Positions 27,054 to 38,254 of a stretch of 64,000 bases of DNA are shown here, in pieces. Numbering within the stretch: the stretch's first letter is position 1; the number at the start of each line of letters is the position of its first letter. The notes under the pieces were generated by a model. That model was not told the origin of the DNA. It made no database searches and worked only from the letters and a program-made list of their open reading frames with translations. Source of the stretch: a virus (lineage: Duplodnaviria; Caudoviricetes); IMG/VR virus record IMGVR_UViG_3300031813_000003, positions 32,001 through 96,000 of that record. One strand, written 5' to 3'. The translations under genes and the position numbers were made by a program.

Positions 27054-29615
27054 ATGGAAAGACCTAAAGACATAATAATACACAGAAAAGACCATGCAAC
27101 AGTTACAATAGAATGTAATCATATCATTACAGGGGAGCTAAGTCAATTTTTCTCATCTTTTGCCCTCAACTATAAATTCTCCCCTATGTATAAAAATAAA
27201 TTGTGGGATGGCAAGATTCGATTCTTTTCAGCTGCTACCAATGAGTTACCTATTGGCCTAGTGGAAAAACTTTACGAATTCTCTAGGCTAGGGAATTATA
27301 CAATCCAGTGTAACTACAAACGATTCAATGAAGTAACCAGAGAAGATTTTAAAAAGTTTGTGGATTCCCTTGGGATTCCATTCCCCCTCAGGGATTACCA
27401 ACTGGAAGCAGCATATCAATGTGTCTGTAAAAAGAACCTGAACGTCCATGCTGCTACCTCCTGTCATAAAGCAGGAGATACTGTTATGATGTCTACTGGT
27501 ATTTGGAAAAATATTGAAGATATTAAAATTGGAGAGTATGTCATAGGTATGGATGGTACTCCTAAAATGGTTTTAAAAATATTTTCAGGTAAAGACGATC
27601 TTTATTCAATAAAACCAAAAAACAATAGACCTGAAATAACAGTAACAAAAGAGCATATACTTCCAATAAAAAGATCAGATTATAATAAAAAATATAGTAA
27701 AACAAAAGGAAATAAAGACTACATAGAATATATTTCAGTTGATGATTATATTAAAAAAGATAACTATTATAAACATATATCTAATATTTTTTATAATAAA
27801 AATGTTATTGAGTTTGGTGATGATCCAAATACAAAGTTAACACCATATTTTATTGGTTTATATCTAGGAGATGGTAGCACTCATTCTTGTCAGATAACAA
27901 ACAAGGATAAAGAATGTGTACAGGAAATATACTATCAAGCTTCATTGGTGAATTGTGAAGTAAAAACTGATGATAATCTTCATTATGATATTTTAGGATG
28001 TTCTGGTGTTAAAGGAGTTGTAAGTAGCAATAGAAATATAATTTTTAGAGAATTTGATATACTAGGTATATGTTTTTCTAGTAATAAAGATAAACATATA
28101 AAATACGTAGATAGGTTCATACCAGAGTGTATTTTTAATTCATCTATTGACTTTAGACTAGAAGTTTTATCAGGATTGATAGATAGTGATGGTCATTTGG
28201 CTAATGGTTCTGGTTATGAATTAACATTTAAATCCAAACAGTTAAGAGATGACATTCAAAGATTAGCAATATCATTAGGATTTGTATGTTCTACTAATAC
28301 AAAACATAATAAAAAATATAATAGAGATTACTATAAAGTTTTAATAATGGGAGATGTATATAAAATACCAGTCAGGATAGAAAGAAAAAAAGCAAAAAAT
28401 ATAGTAAGAGTAAGAGATCAGTATAGAAGTAATTTTGATGTGGAATATAAAGGGTATGATAATTTTTATGGTATGGAAGTAGAAGATCATCATTATATTA
28501 CTAATGGTGGAATGATAACACATAATAGCGGTAAATCTTTGATTATATATGTAGTGGTACGCTTCATGGTTTATATGAAGCTTAAAACCGTTATTATATG
28601 CCCTGCGACACAATTAGTGGAACAGATGTTTGGTGACTTCATTTCATATGGTTGGCAAGCTGAAAGATTCTGTCATAGGGTATACGGCGATCAGGAAAAA
28701 TTCTTTGATGCCCCTGTCACCATAGCATGTTGGCAATCTCTGATCTCAACCAAGGTACGAAAGAAGAACCCATACGAGAGTTTCGACTGCATCCTAGTAG
28801 ATGAGGCACACAATGCTAAAGCTAAATCCATATCTGATCTTAGTAAGGTATGTATCAATGCTCAATATCGTTTCGGATTCTCAGGAACATACCCTGAAGC
28901 ATCTGTTGCCGATTGGTATTCAATAGTGGGAAGCTTTGGCCCAATCCAAACTTTCACTACTTATAAAAAACTTGAAGAAGAAGGACACATCACACCACTA
29001 AAAATATACAATGTAATTTTAAAATATGATAGAGAATTCAAATTAGCTTTATATAACGAATGTTCTAAAGACTATAATGCGCAAAATGATAAGATTCATA
29101 ATCATGAAAGTAGGAATAGATTCATTCTTAAAATGGTTCAAAATCTAAAAGAAAATTGTCTAATATTATTTACAAAGAAAGAAGCCCACGGTTATGGTAT
29201 ATTTGAACTATTCGATAATGAATTAAAAGACAAAACTATCATATATATTGATGGTGATGTTAGTGTTGAGGATCGTGAGAAAGCTAGAAAACTTATGGGA
29301 GAAAAAAATAATGTAGTAATGTTGGCAACCTATGCCCTCATGTCAACAGGGATCAATATCCCAAATCTTCATTCTATCATTTTTGCATCATCTTATAAGA
29401 GTAAAACAAAAGTTCTTCAATCAATTGGGAGGTCTTTGAGACTACATTCCAGCAAGAAATATGCAAAACTATTTGATATTGTTGATGATTGTTCATTTCA
29501 AGACAGGGTAAACAAAATAAAGTTCATAAATTACTCTATGGAACATTATAAGGAGCGTAGTCAATTTTACTCAGATGAAGGTTGGGATGTTAAAACCATC
29601 AAGTATGATATCTAA
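27054..29615 (+). CDS. uvsW: UvsW SF2 helicase with intein
   Basis: WDGKIR.F, LRDYQ, Walker A AATS/SGKS split by intein, VDEAH, GFSGT, STGINIPNLH, LQSIGR.LR. Confidence 0.95.
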   Translation: MERPKDIIIHRKDHATVTIECNHIITGELSQFFSSFALNYKFSPMYKNKLWDGKIRFFSAATNELPIGLVEKLYEFSRLGNYTIQCNYKRFNEVTREDFKKFVDSLGIPFPLRDYQLEAAYQCVCKKNLNVHAATSCHKAGDTVMMSTGIWKNIEDIKIGEYVIGMDGTPKMVLKIFSGKDDLYSIKPKNNRPEITVTKEHILPIKRSDYNKKYSKTKGNKDYIEYISVDDYIKKDNYYKHISNIFYNKNVIEFGDDPNTKLTPYFIGLYLGDGSTHSCQITNKDKECVQEIYYQASLVNCEVKTDDNLHYDILGCSGVKGVVSSNRNIIFREFDILGICFSSNKDKHIKYVDRFIPECIFNSSIDFRLEVLSGLIDSDGHLANGSGYELTFKSKQLRDDIQRLAISLGFVCSTNTKHNKKYNRDYYKVLIMGDVYKIPVRIERKKAKNIVRVRDQYRSNFDVEYKGYDNFYGMEVEDHHYITNGGMITHNSGKSLIIYVVVRFMVYMKLKTVIICPATQLVEQMFGDFISYGWQAERFCHRVYGDQEKFFDAPVTIACWQSLISTKVRKKNPYESFDCILVDEAHNAKAKSISDLSKVCINAQYRFGFSGTYPEASVADWYSIVGSFGPIQTFTTYKKLEEEGHITPLKIYNVILKYDREFKLALYNECSKDYNAQNDKIHNHESRNRFILKMVQNLKENCLILFTKKEAHGYGIFELFDNELKDKTIIYIDGDVSVEDREKARKLMGEKNNVVMLATYALMSTGINIPNLHSIIFASSYKSKTKVLQSIGRSLRLHSSKKYAKLFDIVDDCSFQDRVNKIKFINYSMEHYKERSQFYSDEGWDVKTIKYDI
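27462..28526 (+). mobile_element. Intein (355 aa) with LAGLIDADG homing endonuclease
   Basis: Starts CHKAGD, block B VTKEH, PYFIGLYLGDG and LSGLIDSDG, ends THN followed by Ser. Confidence 0.95.
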
Positions 29616-29635
29616 CTGAAATCATATGAATTTTG

Positions 29636-29672
29636 AAATGGGAGAGTAATTAAATTTTGCTCTCCCATTTTT
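29636..29672 (+). terminator. Intrinsic terminator after uvsW
   Basis: AAATGGGAGAGTAA...TTGCTCTCCCATTTTT. Confidence 0.85.
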
Positions 29673-29675
29673 ATA

Positions 29676-29705
29676 TTGACAATAAAATCAAAGCTGTGGT
29701 ATATT
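29676..29705 (+). promoter_or_regulatory. Early promoter
   Basis: TTGACA-18-TATATT with TG extension. Confidence 0.65.
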
Positions 29706-30447
29706 CAAATCCGTAGTGACCATCAAAGGGGGAAATCCAGATGAAAATATTAAATATCGAATTCAAAGCATCTGCTAAAAAATCCTCAAATGAATACAAA
29801 CCTGTTGTTGTTAAAATTACCACATATCTGAACGAATGGGTTCCAACTGAACCTATCATCAAAAAAGAAACTACGATCATTGGTCAAACATCTGATCCTT
29901 ACGAATATGCGAAGGATATAAATTCTCCTACACATGGTAAATTTGGTAAATACCGTGGACTGGTATTTACCAATAAAGAAGATGCAATTGTACATGCAAC
30001 ACCATTTGCTGAAGAACAAGAGTTACATTATAAAAAAATATATAGCAAAGGAGTTTAAAATGTCAGTTCAGTCTGTGATCAGTGAGTGGGTCAAGAGTAA
30101 CAGCAAACGTGATCTTTGTAACATAGTGAGGGCGAATCGGGCCAAACTTCGTTGGGTTGCCCTTGTTTTAGGTGTACTTTACATTTTCCTGCGTTAACAA
30201 CTAAATCACAAAGGAGAAGATTATGAACCAGGAACTGAAATTACAGGTACATACTTTTTACAGAGCAAGAAATGGTAAAGAAGTATATATTCATATGTAC
30301 AATGACACTGCATTCTTAGGTAGATTATTTTATGACAAGAATGGTAAGATATACCGTGAAAACGGAATGATTGTAAGAGGAACTAATCCTATGGTAGAAG
30401 ACCTTGTTGCTGAAATATCTTACTGGTAATTAACAATAAAGGAGAAG

Positions 30448-30709
30448 ATTAAAATAAGAAAATGTCCATACTGTGGTTCTAAGAACCACAATGAAATGAT
30501 AGAGCATCCATATCCCTACATCAAACTAACCAATCATTCAGGATATCAGGAAGCTGATGTGTGAGTGTGGTTAATACTTCTTCTATGAATTACGATCCAC
30601 TAAAGATATCGGATTGGGTGATACCTGTATATTATACTGCCAGAGCTACAAACAGGGACATTATCATTACAGATTTTCAGATCATCAAATTATTTTGAAA
30701 AAGATTTGA
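30448..30709 (+). pseudogene. Decayed small Zn-finger gene
   Basis: AAGGAG followed by ATT (no ATG) KIRKCPYCGSKN..., then a frame change and internal TAA (KLMCECG*YFFYE...). Confidence 0.4.
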
Positions 30710-30716
30710 AAATAAA

Positions 30717-30745
30717 TTGACAATTAAATCAGGGTGAGGTATATT
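30717..30745 (+). promoter_or_regulatory. Early promoter for SF1 helicase
   Basis: TTGACA-17-TATATT; CACAAAGGAG RBS before ATG 30789. Confidence 0.7.
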
Positions 30746-30788
30746 GAATTACAAGTTGAGCACAAATCAAAACACAAAGGAGCTAAAC

Positions 30789-32273
30789 ATGTCGAAATCA
30801 ACCTTCAAACCTTCTCCCCAACAGCAAGCCCTCTTCAACTGGATTCTTACTGGCAAGGGTTCCTGTGTTCTGGAAGCGGTTGCAGGTTCTGGCAAAACTA
30901 CCACTCTGGTAGAAGCTCTGAAGCTGATGGAAGGTACGATCTTTTTCGGTGCATACAACAAGAAGATTGCTGAAGAGATTAAAGAGAGAGCAGGGGAGAA
31001 AGCGGGTCTGAATGCCTCTACCTTTCATGCAGCTGGGTTGAATGCTTGGAAAAAGATTGCACGTAGCTGCCAGATTGATGCTAATAAATGCCGCAACATC
31101 TATCGTGAAAACTACGCCGATCCTAACTTCTTCAAACTTGAGACTCCGGTACTCAACCTCGTTTCCTACGCTAAACAGGCAGCTATTGGTGCAGTATGCT
31201 CTGCTGCTGATGATTCTGTCTGGTATGATCTGGTTGAACATTTTAACATCGATTGCCTTGGAAGGGATGAAGAAGTTGTCGATATCGCCAAAAAGATTCT
31301 TGGGCTTTCTGTAGCTTTGGATACCAAGATCATCGATTTCGATGACATGATCTATTGCCCCTTGGTTCACAAGGTGAAAGTAACTGAGTACGATTGGGTC
31401 TTGATTGACGAGGCTCAGGATACCAACGCAAGCCGCAGGGCATTAGCACTGCTGATGCTGAAGAGGGGTGGACGCTTAATCGCAGTAGGTGATAGAAAAC
31501 AGATGATCTATGGTTTCACTGGTTGCGACTCAGATTCTATGGATCAGATCAAAAACGCAGTCAATGCAATTGAACTACCTTTAACTGTTACCTACCGTTG
31601 CCCGAAAGCAGTAGTAAAGGAAGCACAGAAGTATGTATCCCATATCACTGCACACGAATCTGCCCCTGAAGGAACAGTAACTACCTTGGTTGGTGAAATC
31701 ACCAAGAGTGCAAAGCCTGGGGATGCTATTCTTTGCCGCTTCAATGCTCCTTTGATCGAAATGGTATATTCCTTTATCGCTGATGGTATCCCTGCAAAGG
31801 TTGAAGGAAGGGAAATTGGTTCTTCCATGAAAACCCTTCTTCGTAGGTATAAATCCAAAACCTTTTCGGTTCTCATTGATCGTCTGAATGAGTACCGTGA
31901 TCGTGAGTCTGCAAAACTTCGCATCAAAGAAAAAGAGTCTCAGGCAGTTGCAATTGAAGACAAGGTTAACTGCCTTAAAGTTATCATTACAAGGGTAGAG
32001 AAGCTTGATCCTAAAACTTCTGATCCTGTCACCAGAACCTGTGATGAGATTGATGCAATCTTCTCTGATAATATCGATGGTAAATGTGTCATCCTCTCAA
32101 CCATCCACAAAAGTAAGGGGCGGGAATTTGACAGGGTGTTTTGGCTCCAATCTGGCACCTCCAAATGGGCAAGGATGGATTGGGAAAAAGAAACCGAAAT
32201 CAACCTTTGCTATGTAGCTGTTACTAGGGCAAAGAAAGACCTCATTCTTGTTCCAATGCCAAAGAAGCAGTAG
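30789..32273 (+). CDS. UvrD/Rep-like SF1 helicase
   Basis: AVAGSGKTTT, STFH, LIDEAQD, VGD..Q.IYGF.G, TYRCP, STIHKSKGREF, YVAVTRAK. Confidence 0.93.
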   Translation: MSKSTFKPSPQQQALFNWILTGKGSCVLEAVAGSGKTTTLVEALKLMEGTIFFGAYNKKIAEEIKERAGEKAGLNASTFHAAGLNAWKKIARSCQIDANKCRNIYRENYADPNFFKLETPVLNLVSYAKQAAIGAVCSAADDSVWYDLVEHFNIDCLGRDEEVVDIAKKILGLSVALDTKIIDFDDMIYCPLVHKVKVTEYDWVLIDEAQDTNASRRALALLMLKRGGRLIAVGDRKQMIYGFTGCDSDSMDQIKNAVNAIELPLTVTYRCPKAVVKEAQKYVSHITAHESAPEGTVTTLVGEITKSAKPGDAILCRFNAPLIEMVYSFIADGIPAKVEGREIGSSMKTLLRRYKSKTFSVLIDRLNEYRDRESAKLRIKEKESQAVAIEDKVNCLKVIITRVEKLDPKTSDPVTRTCDEIDAIFSDNIDGKCVILSTIHKSKGREFDRVFWLQSGTSKWARMDWEKETEINLCYVAVTRAKKDLILVPMPKKQ

Positions 32274-32943
32274 TTTTGGTGGTGAATAATCTACCAAGTA
32301 TAAACCCCTCTGGTTGTTGATCTGGTATGCATGTTAAATTGATGGTTCCATTGTTGTACATCTTTTTACCATGCATACCGTTCTTGTTGCCTAGTTTAGT
32401 TTCACTCTTTCTTTGAAGCTGTTCCGGTGATAAATTTCTTTGAGCATATGATAACTTAGCTTTTGATTCACTTGTATGTTTATTTCCTTCTTTACCTCTC
32501 TTAGCTAGAGAGCATTTTTCACGAACCATGTCATCTTGCATAATAGAGGTCATTATTAACTTATGATTAATACGTTCATCATCAGTCCATTGTCTACCTT
32601 TGCACCCTCCCAATTTGAGAGTAATTTGGGCTTTATGTTTATCTGATATGTGTTTACCTTTTTGAGAAGGTGGTTTACTTCCGCCTAAAGTTATGTTATA
32701 AGTATCATTGCGATCAATAAACCATTGATCCACAATTTGAGCTTCAATCTCAAGCATATGTGATTCCTCTAAACAATAATGTAAAGTTATACGTTTGAAA
32801 TTTTTGGTTCCATATTTTTTGATAGCTCTTTTTAAAAGTTTACCTGATCCTAGATAACTGTCATTTTTAATGTTAGATGAATGAACACCAACATATATTT
32901 TGTTATTGATAATATTGGTGGTAAGATAAACGATGTGATACAT
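32242..32943 (-). mobile_element. Free-standing GIY-YIG homing endonuclease (Seg-like) with NUMOD3-type repeats
   Basis: IVYLTTN..N.KIYVGVH....YLGSG; KHTSESKAKLS; minus-strand TATAAATA at 33039-33046. Confidence 0.88.
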
Positions 32944-34606
32944 TGGCAGTCTCCCATAACTAATATGATTTGAATGAGGACAGTAGTTTCCTGACTATTG
33001 GTGATATGTTCTCAGCATTCACCTAACTCATTTAATAGTATTTATACAAAATAAAAGGAACCTCTAATGACTCACATAGATGAGAAGCGATTTAATGAGC
33101 TTAATGAAGCAGGGTTGATGTTCAAACTGATTTGGATTGAAAATGGTAAAGAGGAATATTTCTTTACTGGAACTTCTGAACAGTTTGCTGATTGTTACTT
33201 CTCCAATGTTGATTATGAAAATGTGATTGATTTTGCTGAAGAGAATGAATGTATTGTATTGGAGTACACCCCTGAAGAACATGTTGAATTCCTCAGAGTA
33301 CATGGAAAGAGGTTGGGTTTGATATGAGTAGACTATTTCTTCTCTTAGAGAAAGACCTTGATTTATTTGGGGATTCTCCTACCGTTTGGGAACCCAAAGG
33401 ATATACAGATGATGTTGAGGTTGCTATCCTTTGGAACCGATCCGCAACTAGGGATCATGATCGAAATTACAACACTCTTAATCGTATAGAGAAAGGGGAT
33501 ATTAGATGAATAAGAACTATGGAACCAACAATAGTAGGGCATACAACGAAGGAGAATGCCCTGTAGCCCTAGAAGTCGATGGGAGGCATACATGGGTATT
33601 CAAAAGAGAGGTTGGACGGTGTGTAACCGAATATGAATGCTCTGTGTGTGGTGCAATCCACACCATCAACAGTTCAGATTGAGGAGAATATGAAAGATAA
33701 TATAGATATTGCAAAATGGATAGGTTGGGATGATTCAATTCTAGTTCCTAGCTTTCATAAATGGATAAGTCCTGGTTTTGTACCAACTGATATTGAATGT
33801 TTGGAGTTGTTTGTAATTCTAATCAAACGAAACCTACATTTTCATATGTATTATGAAGGTTTTTACACGTTTGTTATAGTACATAAAGATGGAACTTGTA
33901 ATATAGGGCAAGGAAATACAATATCACTGTCAATCTTAACGTCAATCTTTGATCTTATAGATCAACAAGTTAAGTAAATATTTACTAATATTTTGTCTAT
34001 ATTAAAATTAATAAAGGAATTAAGAATGAGAATCAAAGGATAAATTATGAATGATAATATGATAGGAGGTCTAATACTCTTGCTTAGTGGACTTTATCTA
34101 ACAGGAAGGTGTATAGATATGGATATTAGAGGTAAAGATGCTAGTGGATGGGCCATTATAGCATTCTTTCTTATCGTTGGCGCATGTAACAAACTATAAA
34201 GGAGATTAACCAATGTCTAAAATGAAAAAACTAATTGAAGCAAAAGAAGTAGAATTTATTCAAGCTTGTGACAAACCTAAAGCTAAAACCAATGCGCCTA
34301 CTCCTGAGTCTGTGGTAGTTACTGTTGCATACTCTAGAGTAGATGGGACTTATGGGATTGCTGTTAAGCTTCCTGGGGATCAACCAGTTCCCAAGGTTGG
34401 TAAAGCAATTGCACTTAGGAACATGACCACAACCAACTTTACCAATCCCAATGCAGTTGATAACTCTGATTTGATTTTTGAATTTTTCAAGGTCAAAAGC
34501 GGTAGTAAGAAATCATTTACTCCTGACGTGAGGGATCGTATCCGTTATATCTTTGGGGATAATATTGTTGCAATGCTTCAGGATTAATCTCTTAAGTTAT
34601 GAATAA

Positions 34607-34667
34607 AACAAAAAGGTCTTTGTCATTTCATTAAAATTTGACAAAGACCTTTTTGTTATGATACAAT
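34607..34667 (+). promoter_or_regulatory. 19-bp perfect inverted repeat overlapping the gp55 promoter
   Basis: AACAAAAAGGTCTTTGTCA / TGACAAAGACCTTTTTGTT; TTGACA(34638)-18-TACAAT. Confidence 0.7.
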
Positions 34668-34694
34668 GAATTATCTTAGTTTGTAGGAGAACGA

Positions 34695-35165
34695 ATGGAA
34701 ATAAATGAAACAGAAGTGCCAGAAAAGAAGAAAAGAGTTTTTCGTCAAAAAGATTCCCCCCATTATGTTGATAATAAATTGTTTGCTGCCGAACTTACAA
34801 CATGGATTGTATCAAATAAAGATAATGGCAAGAGGATTAATTGGACAGAAATGCCTAGGTACGTTGCTGAATGCCTGATGAAGATCGTAGACCACTTTGG
34901 GTTACAATCTTGCTGGCGCTCATATACTTACTTAGATGAGATGAAATCTGAAGCTATTATAAATCTGGTTAAGGGTATCCATAACTACAACATCAACTTC
35001 TCCCCTAATGCTTTTGCATATGCATCAGAAATCGTAAGAAAATCCTTTCTGTTTGTTCTTGAAAAAGAAAAGGCCCAGGCAGCAATCCGCAATGAAACTG
35101 TTAGTCGTAGTTCAATCTACAATTACAACAATATCAATCTCCATGATGAAGAGGAACACGAATGA
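34695..35165 (+). CDS. gp55: Late-transcription sigma factor
   Basis: HYVDNK.F, YVAECLMKI, W.SYTYLDEM.SEA, NAFAY.S.I...SF...LEKEK. Confidence 0.9.
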   Translation: MEINETEVPEKKKRVFRQKDSPHYVDNKLFAAELTTWIVSNKDNGKRINWTEMPRYVAECLMKIVDHFGLQSCWRSYTYLDEMKSEAIINLVKGIHNYNINFSPNAFAYASEIVRKSFLFVLEKEKAQAAIRNETVSRSSIYNYNNINLHDEEEHE

Positions 35166-35235
35166 AAATAACAAAAATGATGAAATATATTGATCCAAAT
35201 AATTTTAACCAATTTTAAAAGTTGGAGTAATTTTA

Positions 35236-36354
35236 ATGAAACCGATAATAGCTGTATTCACTGACCCACATTTTGGAAATAAGGGTCATGATTTGAAAGT
35301 GTTTGAGCAACAAATGCTGTTCTTTGAACAGCAATTCTTTCCATACATACTAAAACACGATATAAAGTTTGTTGTATGTTGTGGAGATTTTTATCACGAT
35401 AGAAATAAAATTGATTGGTATATTCAAAACGAACTAAAACGAAGATTTTTTCAATGGTTTGATGATAATGATGTAGAACTTCATACTTTAGTTGGTAACC
35501 ATGATACTTATTATAAATCTACTTTAGACCAAAATTCACTTTCAGAAACTACAAAGTTCTTTACTAATGTTCATGCTTATGTCAATCCAACTAGGGTAAC
35601 CTATGCACCATATACAATTGGGTTCAACCCTTGGATACTTGACAATAAGAATCCAAACCTAACTGAAAGAGTTGATATTCTCCTGGGGCATTTTGACGTA
35701 GTTGGATTCCCAATGATGAAAGGAATCACATCTAAGGATGGTCTAAATCCGAAAGACCTTGCTAAGTATAAATTGGTTCTCTCGGGGCATTATCACATTC
35801 ACCATATCCAAGACAACTTTCATATGGTTGGGAGTCCATTTCAGCTCTCTTGGAATGATTTTAATGAACCAAAGGGATTCTTAGTCCTTGATAACAATTT
35901 CAATTATGAATACATCCAGAACCAGACAACACCACAGTTCATTAAGATTTACTATGACGAGGGCAACATAGAAGTTCTAGGGTTAGATTATGATGATGAA
36001 CCTATCCCTATGTCAAAAGAAAAATCATTAGAAGTTGCTAGTAACAATTACTGTAGGTTGTTTACTAGAAAGGTTGATGATCAAATGAAACTTGAGTTAT
36101 ACCACACAAGTTTACTTGCTGTATCATGTGATGATTATAAAATTGACATTGTGAGTCTTCAGGATACTGTAGAAGATTTTGATTCAACTGAATTTGATGC
36201 TAAGTTTGAAGAAGGAGAATCAACTTTACAATTGATTATCAGCTGTCTTGAAGGTATGACCTTTGAGCCTGGAATCGATAAGGATTTGTTAATAGAATTA
36301 AGTAAAACTGAGTATAAGACTGCATACAATGAAGTTTTGTCTATAGGAGAATAA
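35236..36354 (+). CDS. gp47: Recombination endonuclease subunit (Mre11/SbcD)
   Basis: TDPHFG, GDFYHDR, GNHDTYYK, GHF, SGHYH, GSP.QL.WND. Confidence 0.93.
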   Translation: MKPIIAVFTDPHFGNKGHDLKVFEQQMLFFEQQFFPYILKHDIKFVVCCGDFYHDRNKIDWYIQNELKRRFFQWFDDNDVELHTLVGNHDTYYKSTLDQNSLSETTKFFTNVHAYVNPTRVTYAPYTIGFNPWILDNKNPNLTERVDILLGHFDVVGFPMMKGITSKDGLNPKDLAKYKLVLSGHYHIHHIQDNFHMVGSPFQLSWNDFNEPKGFLVLDNNFNYEYIQNQTTPQFIKIYYDEGNIEVLGLDYDDEPIPMSKEKSLEVASNNYCRLFTRKVDDQMKLELYHTSLLAVSCDDYKIDIVSLQDTVEDFDSTEFDAKFEEGESTLQLIISCLEGMTFEPGIDKDLLIELSKTEYKTAYNEVLSIGE

Positions 36355-36538
36355 GAATGACATCTAGAAGGGATGAATGGGAGTATGAAGCATTCAAAGA
36401 AATGGCAGCAAGGTATTTTGATGCTGATGAAGAAAAGGCAACAAATGCATTTGTATTCTATAAAATAGCAATTTCAACAATGAGTGTTCCAACCCTAGAA
36501 GATATGAAATGGGCTAGAAAAAAGTTAGGATTGATTTA

Positions 36539-38254
36539 ATGATTGAGTTTCAAAAACTAAAATTTAAAAATGTTCTTAGTTATGGAAATAATTTCACTAC
36601 TATAGAATTCAAGGAAGGTATCAATCGATACTTTGGCGTGAATGGATCAGGGAAGTCAACTCCACATCTAGATGCCTTAACCTTTGTCCTCTTTGGCAAA
36701 CCATATAGAGATATCAATAAAAGTCAGTTGATCAATTCAAAGAACAAGAAGAATCTTGAAGTATATCTCACATTCATGAAACAAGATGATTTCTTTAGGA
36801 TTGAAAGAGGAATTAAACCTGATTTCTTCAGGATATACAAGAATGATCAATTAGTCCCTGTATCATCTACTGTCAGAGGATACCAAGATATCCTAGAAGA
36901 AGATATCCTTCAGTTTGACGAAAACATTTATAATCAAGTTACTGTCAAGTCCCTCACAAAGAACATGTCATTCATGACATTGAAGAAAGCAGATAAACGT
37001 AAGGTAATTGAGAATCTTTTTGATATTGAAGTATTTTCAATCATTGGAAAGAATCTTAAAACAAAGATTGATGCTACTGAACTAGAGATAAAAGCAATCA
37101 ATAAAGATATCGAAAACACAAATCTTTTAATCATTCAAGAACAATCTAACCTAGAGAAATTGACTAATTTGAAGCGTAGAATAGAATCTGAAACTAATCA
37201 AAACATCCAATTATACAAAGATGAAATCAAAGAACTGGAAGCAACAAATGCTAAATACGTTATAGGATTGGGAATTATAGCAAAGAAAAAAGATCAGAAA
37301 ACGGCAAAACTTCAGGAGATTTCTACCCTCAAAGGATTTATAAACAAATCATTAGCTGCCAAAGCAACAGCAGAGGCACTGATAGAAATGAATGGGAAGA
37401 AAGTCAAGTTTCTGACAAATACTTGTGGGGAATGCCCCAAGATCAAAGAACTTATGAATGATTCTGAATTGGAAGAAGCATATAAGTTTTTAGAAGGGTA
37501 TAATAAAATTTCAGAAGTTAGACAGGAAGAGTTAAAAAACCTTGATACTGATTTAAATAAGATCAATGAGATTCTATCAAATGAAAGATTTGTTACAGAG
37601 AATCTAGCTAAAAACAAAAGAAGAATTATTGAACTTATGACGGCAATCAATAAAAGTTCTGAGTCTGTAATTGAAATCGATGAATCAAAATTGAAAGAAT
37701 ACAACTCAAAATTGATTGTATTGAAATCAGCTTTCAATACAAAATTTAACACAAAAACACATTTATCTTTACTTAGAGGATTGTGTTCTGATGATGGAAT
37801 CAAGACATTTATCATCAAAAAGTATCTTCCAACAATAAACAAAATACTTAATACATACCTGACAAAATTTCAAACAGACATTGTTTTCAACTTTGATGTT
37901 GAGTTTAATGAAGTAGTTCTTACTAAGTATAAAGAGGATTATACTTACGAATCATTTAGCCAAGGGCAAAAGAAACGTATTGACTTAGCAGTTATGTTTG
38001 CGTTTATAAAGTTTGCGCAGATGAAGAATAAAAAATCTGATACCAATCTTCTGATTATGGATGAAGTATTAACTTCCTTAGATCAACAAGGGACTGAAAG
38101 TGTTATGCAAGTTCTATCAGATTATAGGGATAAGAATAACAAATGTATCATCACTATAAATCACCTTACAGATATGAATCAAGAGTTTTTTGATTATAGC
38201 TATAAAGTAACATTAGAAAAAGGATTTTCAAAAATAACAGAGGAACAATCATGA
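36539..38254 (+). CDS. gp46: Recombination ATPase subunit (Rad50/SbcC)
   Basis: KNVLSYGN, GVNGSGKST, zinc hook CGEC, FSQGQKKRIDLA, LIMDE. Confidence 0.95.
   Translation: MIEFQKLKFKNVLSYGNNFTTIEFKEGINRYFGVNGSGKSTPHLDALTFVLFGKPYRDINKSQLINSKNKKNLEVYLTFMKQDDFFRIERGIKPDFFRIYKNDQLVPVSSTVRGYQDILEEDILQFDENIYNQVTVKSLTKNMSFMTLKKADKRKVIENLFDIEVFSIIGKNLKTKIDATELEIKAINKDIENTNLLIIQEQSNLEKLTNLKRRIESETNQNIQLYKDEIKELEATNAKYVIGLGIIAKKKDQKTAKLQEISTLKGFINKSLAAKATAEALIEMNGKKVKFLTNTCGECPKIKELMNDSELEEAYKFLEGYNKISEVRQEELKNLDTDLNKINEILSNERFVTENLAKNKRRIIELMTAINKSSESVIEIDESKLKEYNSKLIVLKSAFNTKFNTKTHLSLLRGLCSDDGIKTFIIKKYLPTINKILNTYLTKFQTDIVFNFDVEFNEVVLTKYKEDYTYESFSQGQKKRIDLAVMFAFIKFAQMKNKKSDTNLLIMDEVLTSLDQQGTESVMQVLSDYRDKNNKCIITINHLTDMNQEFFDYSYKVTLEKGFSKITEEQS

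Noticed and set aside
32960-33030. Hammerhead ribozyme (CTGAGA...GAAA...TC on the minus strand)
   Set aside because: The core is CUGAGAA rather than CUGANGA and the stems do not flank the core correctly; kept only as a structured leader.
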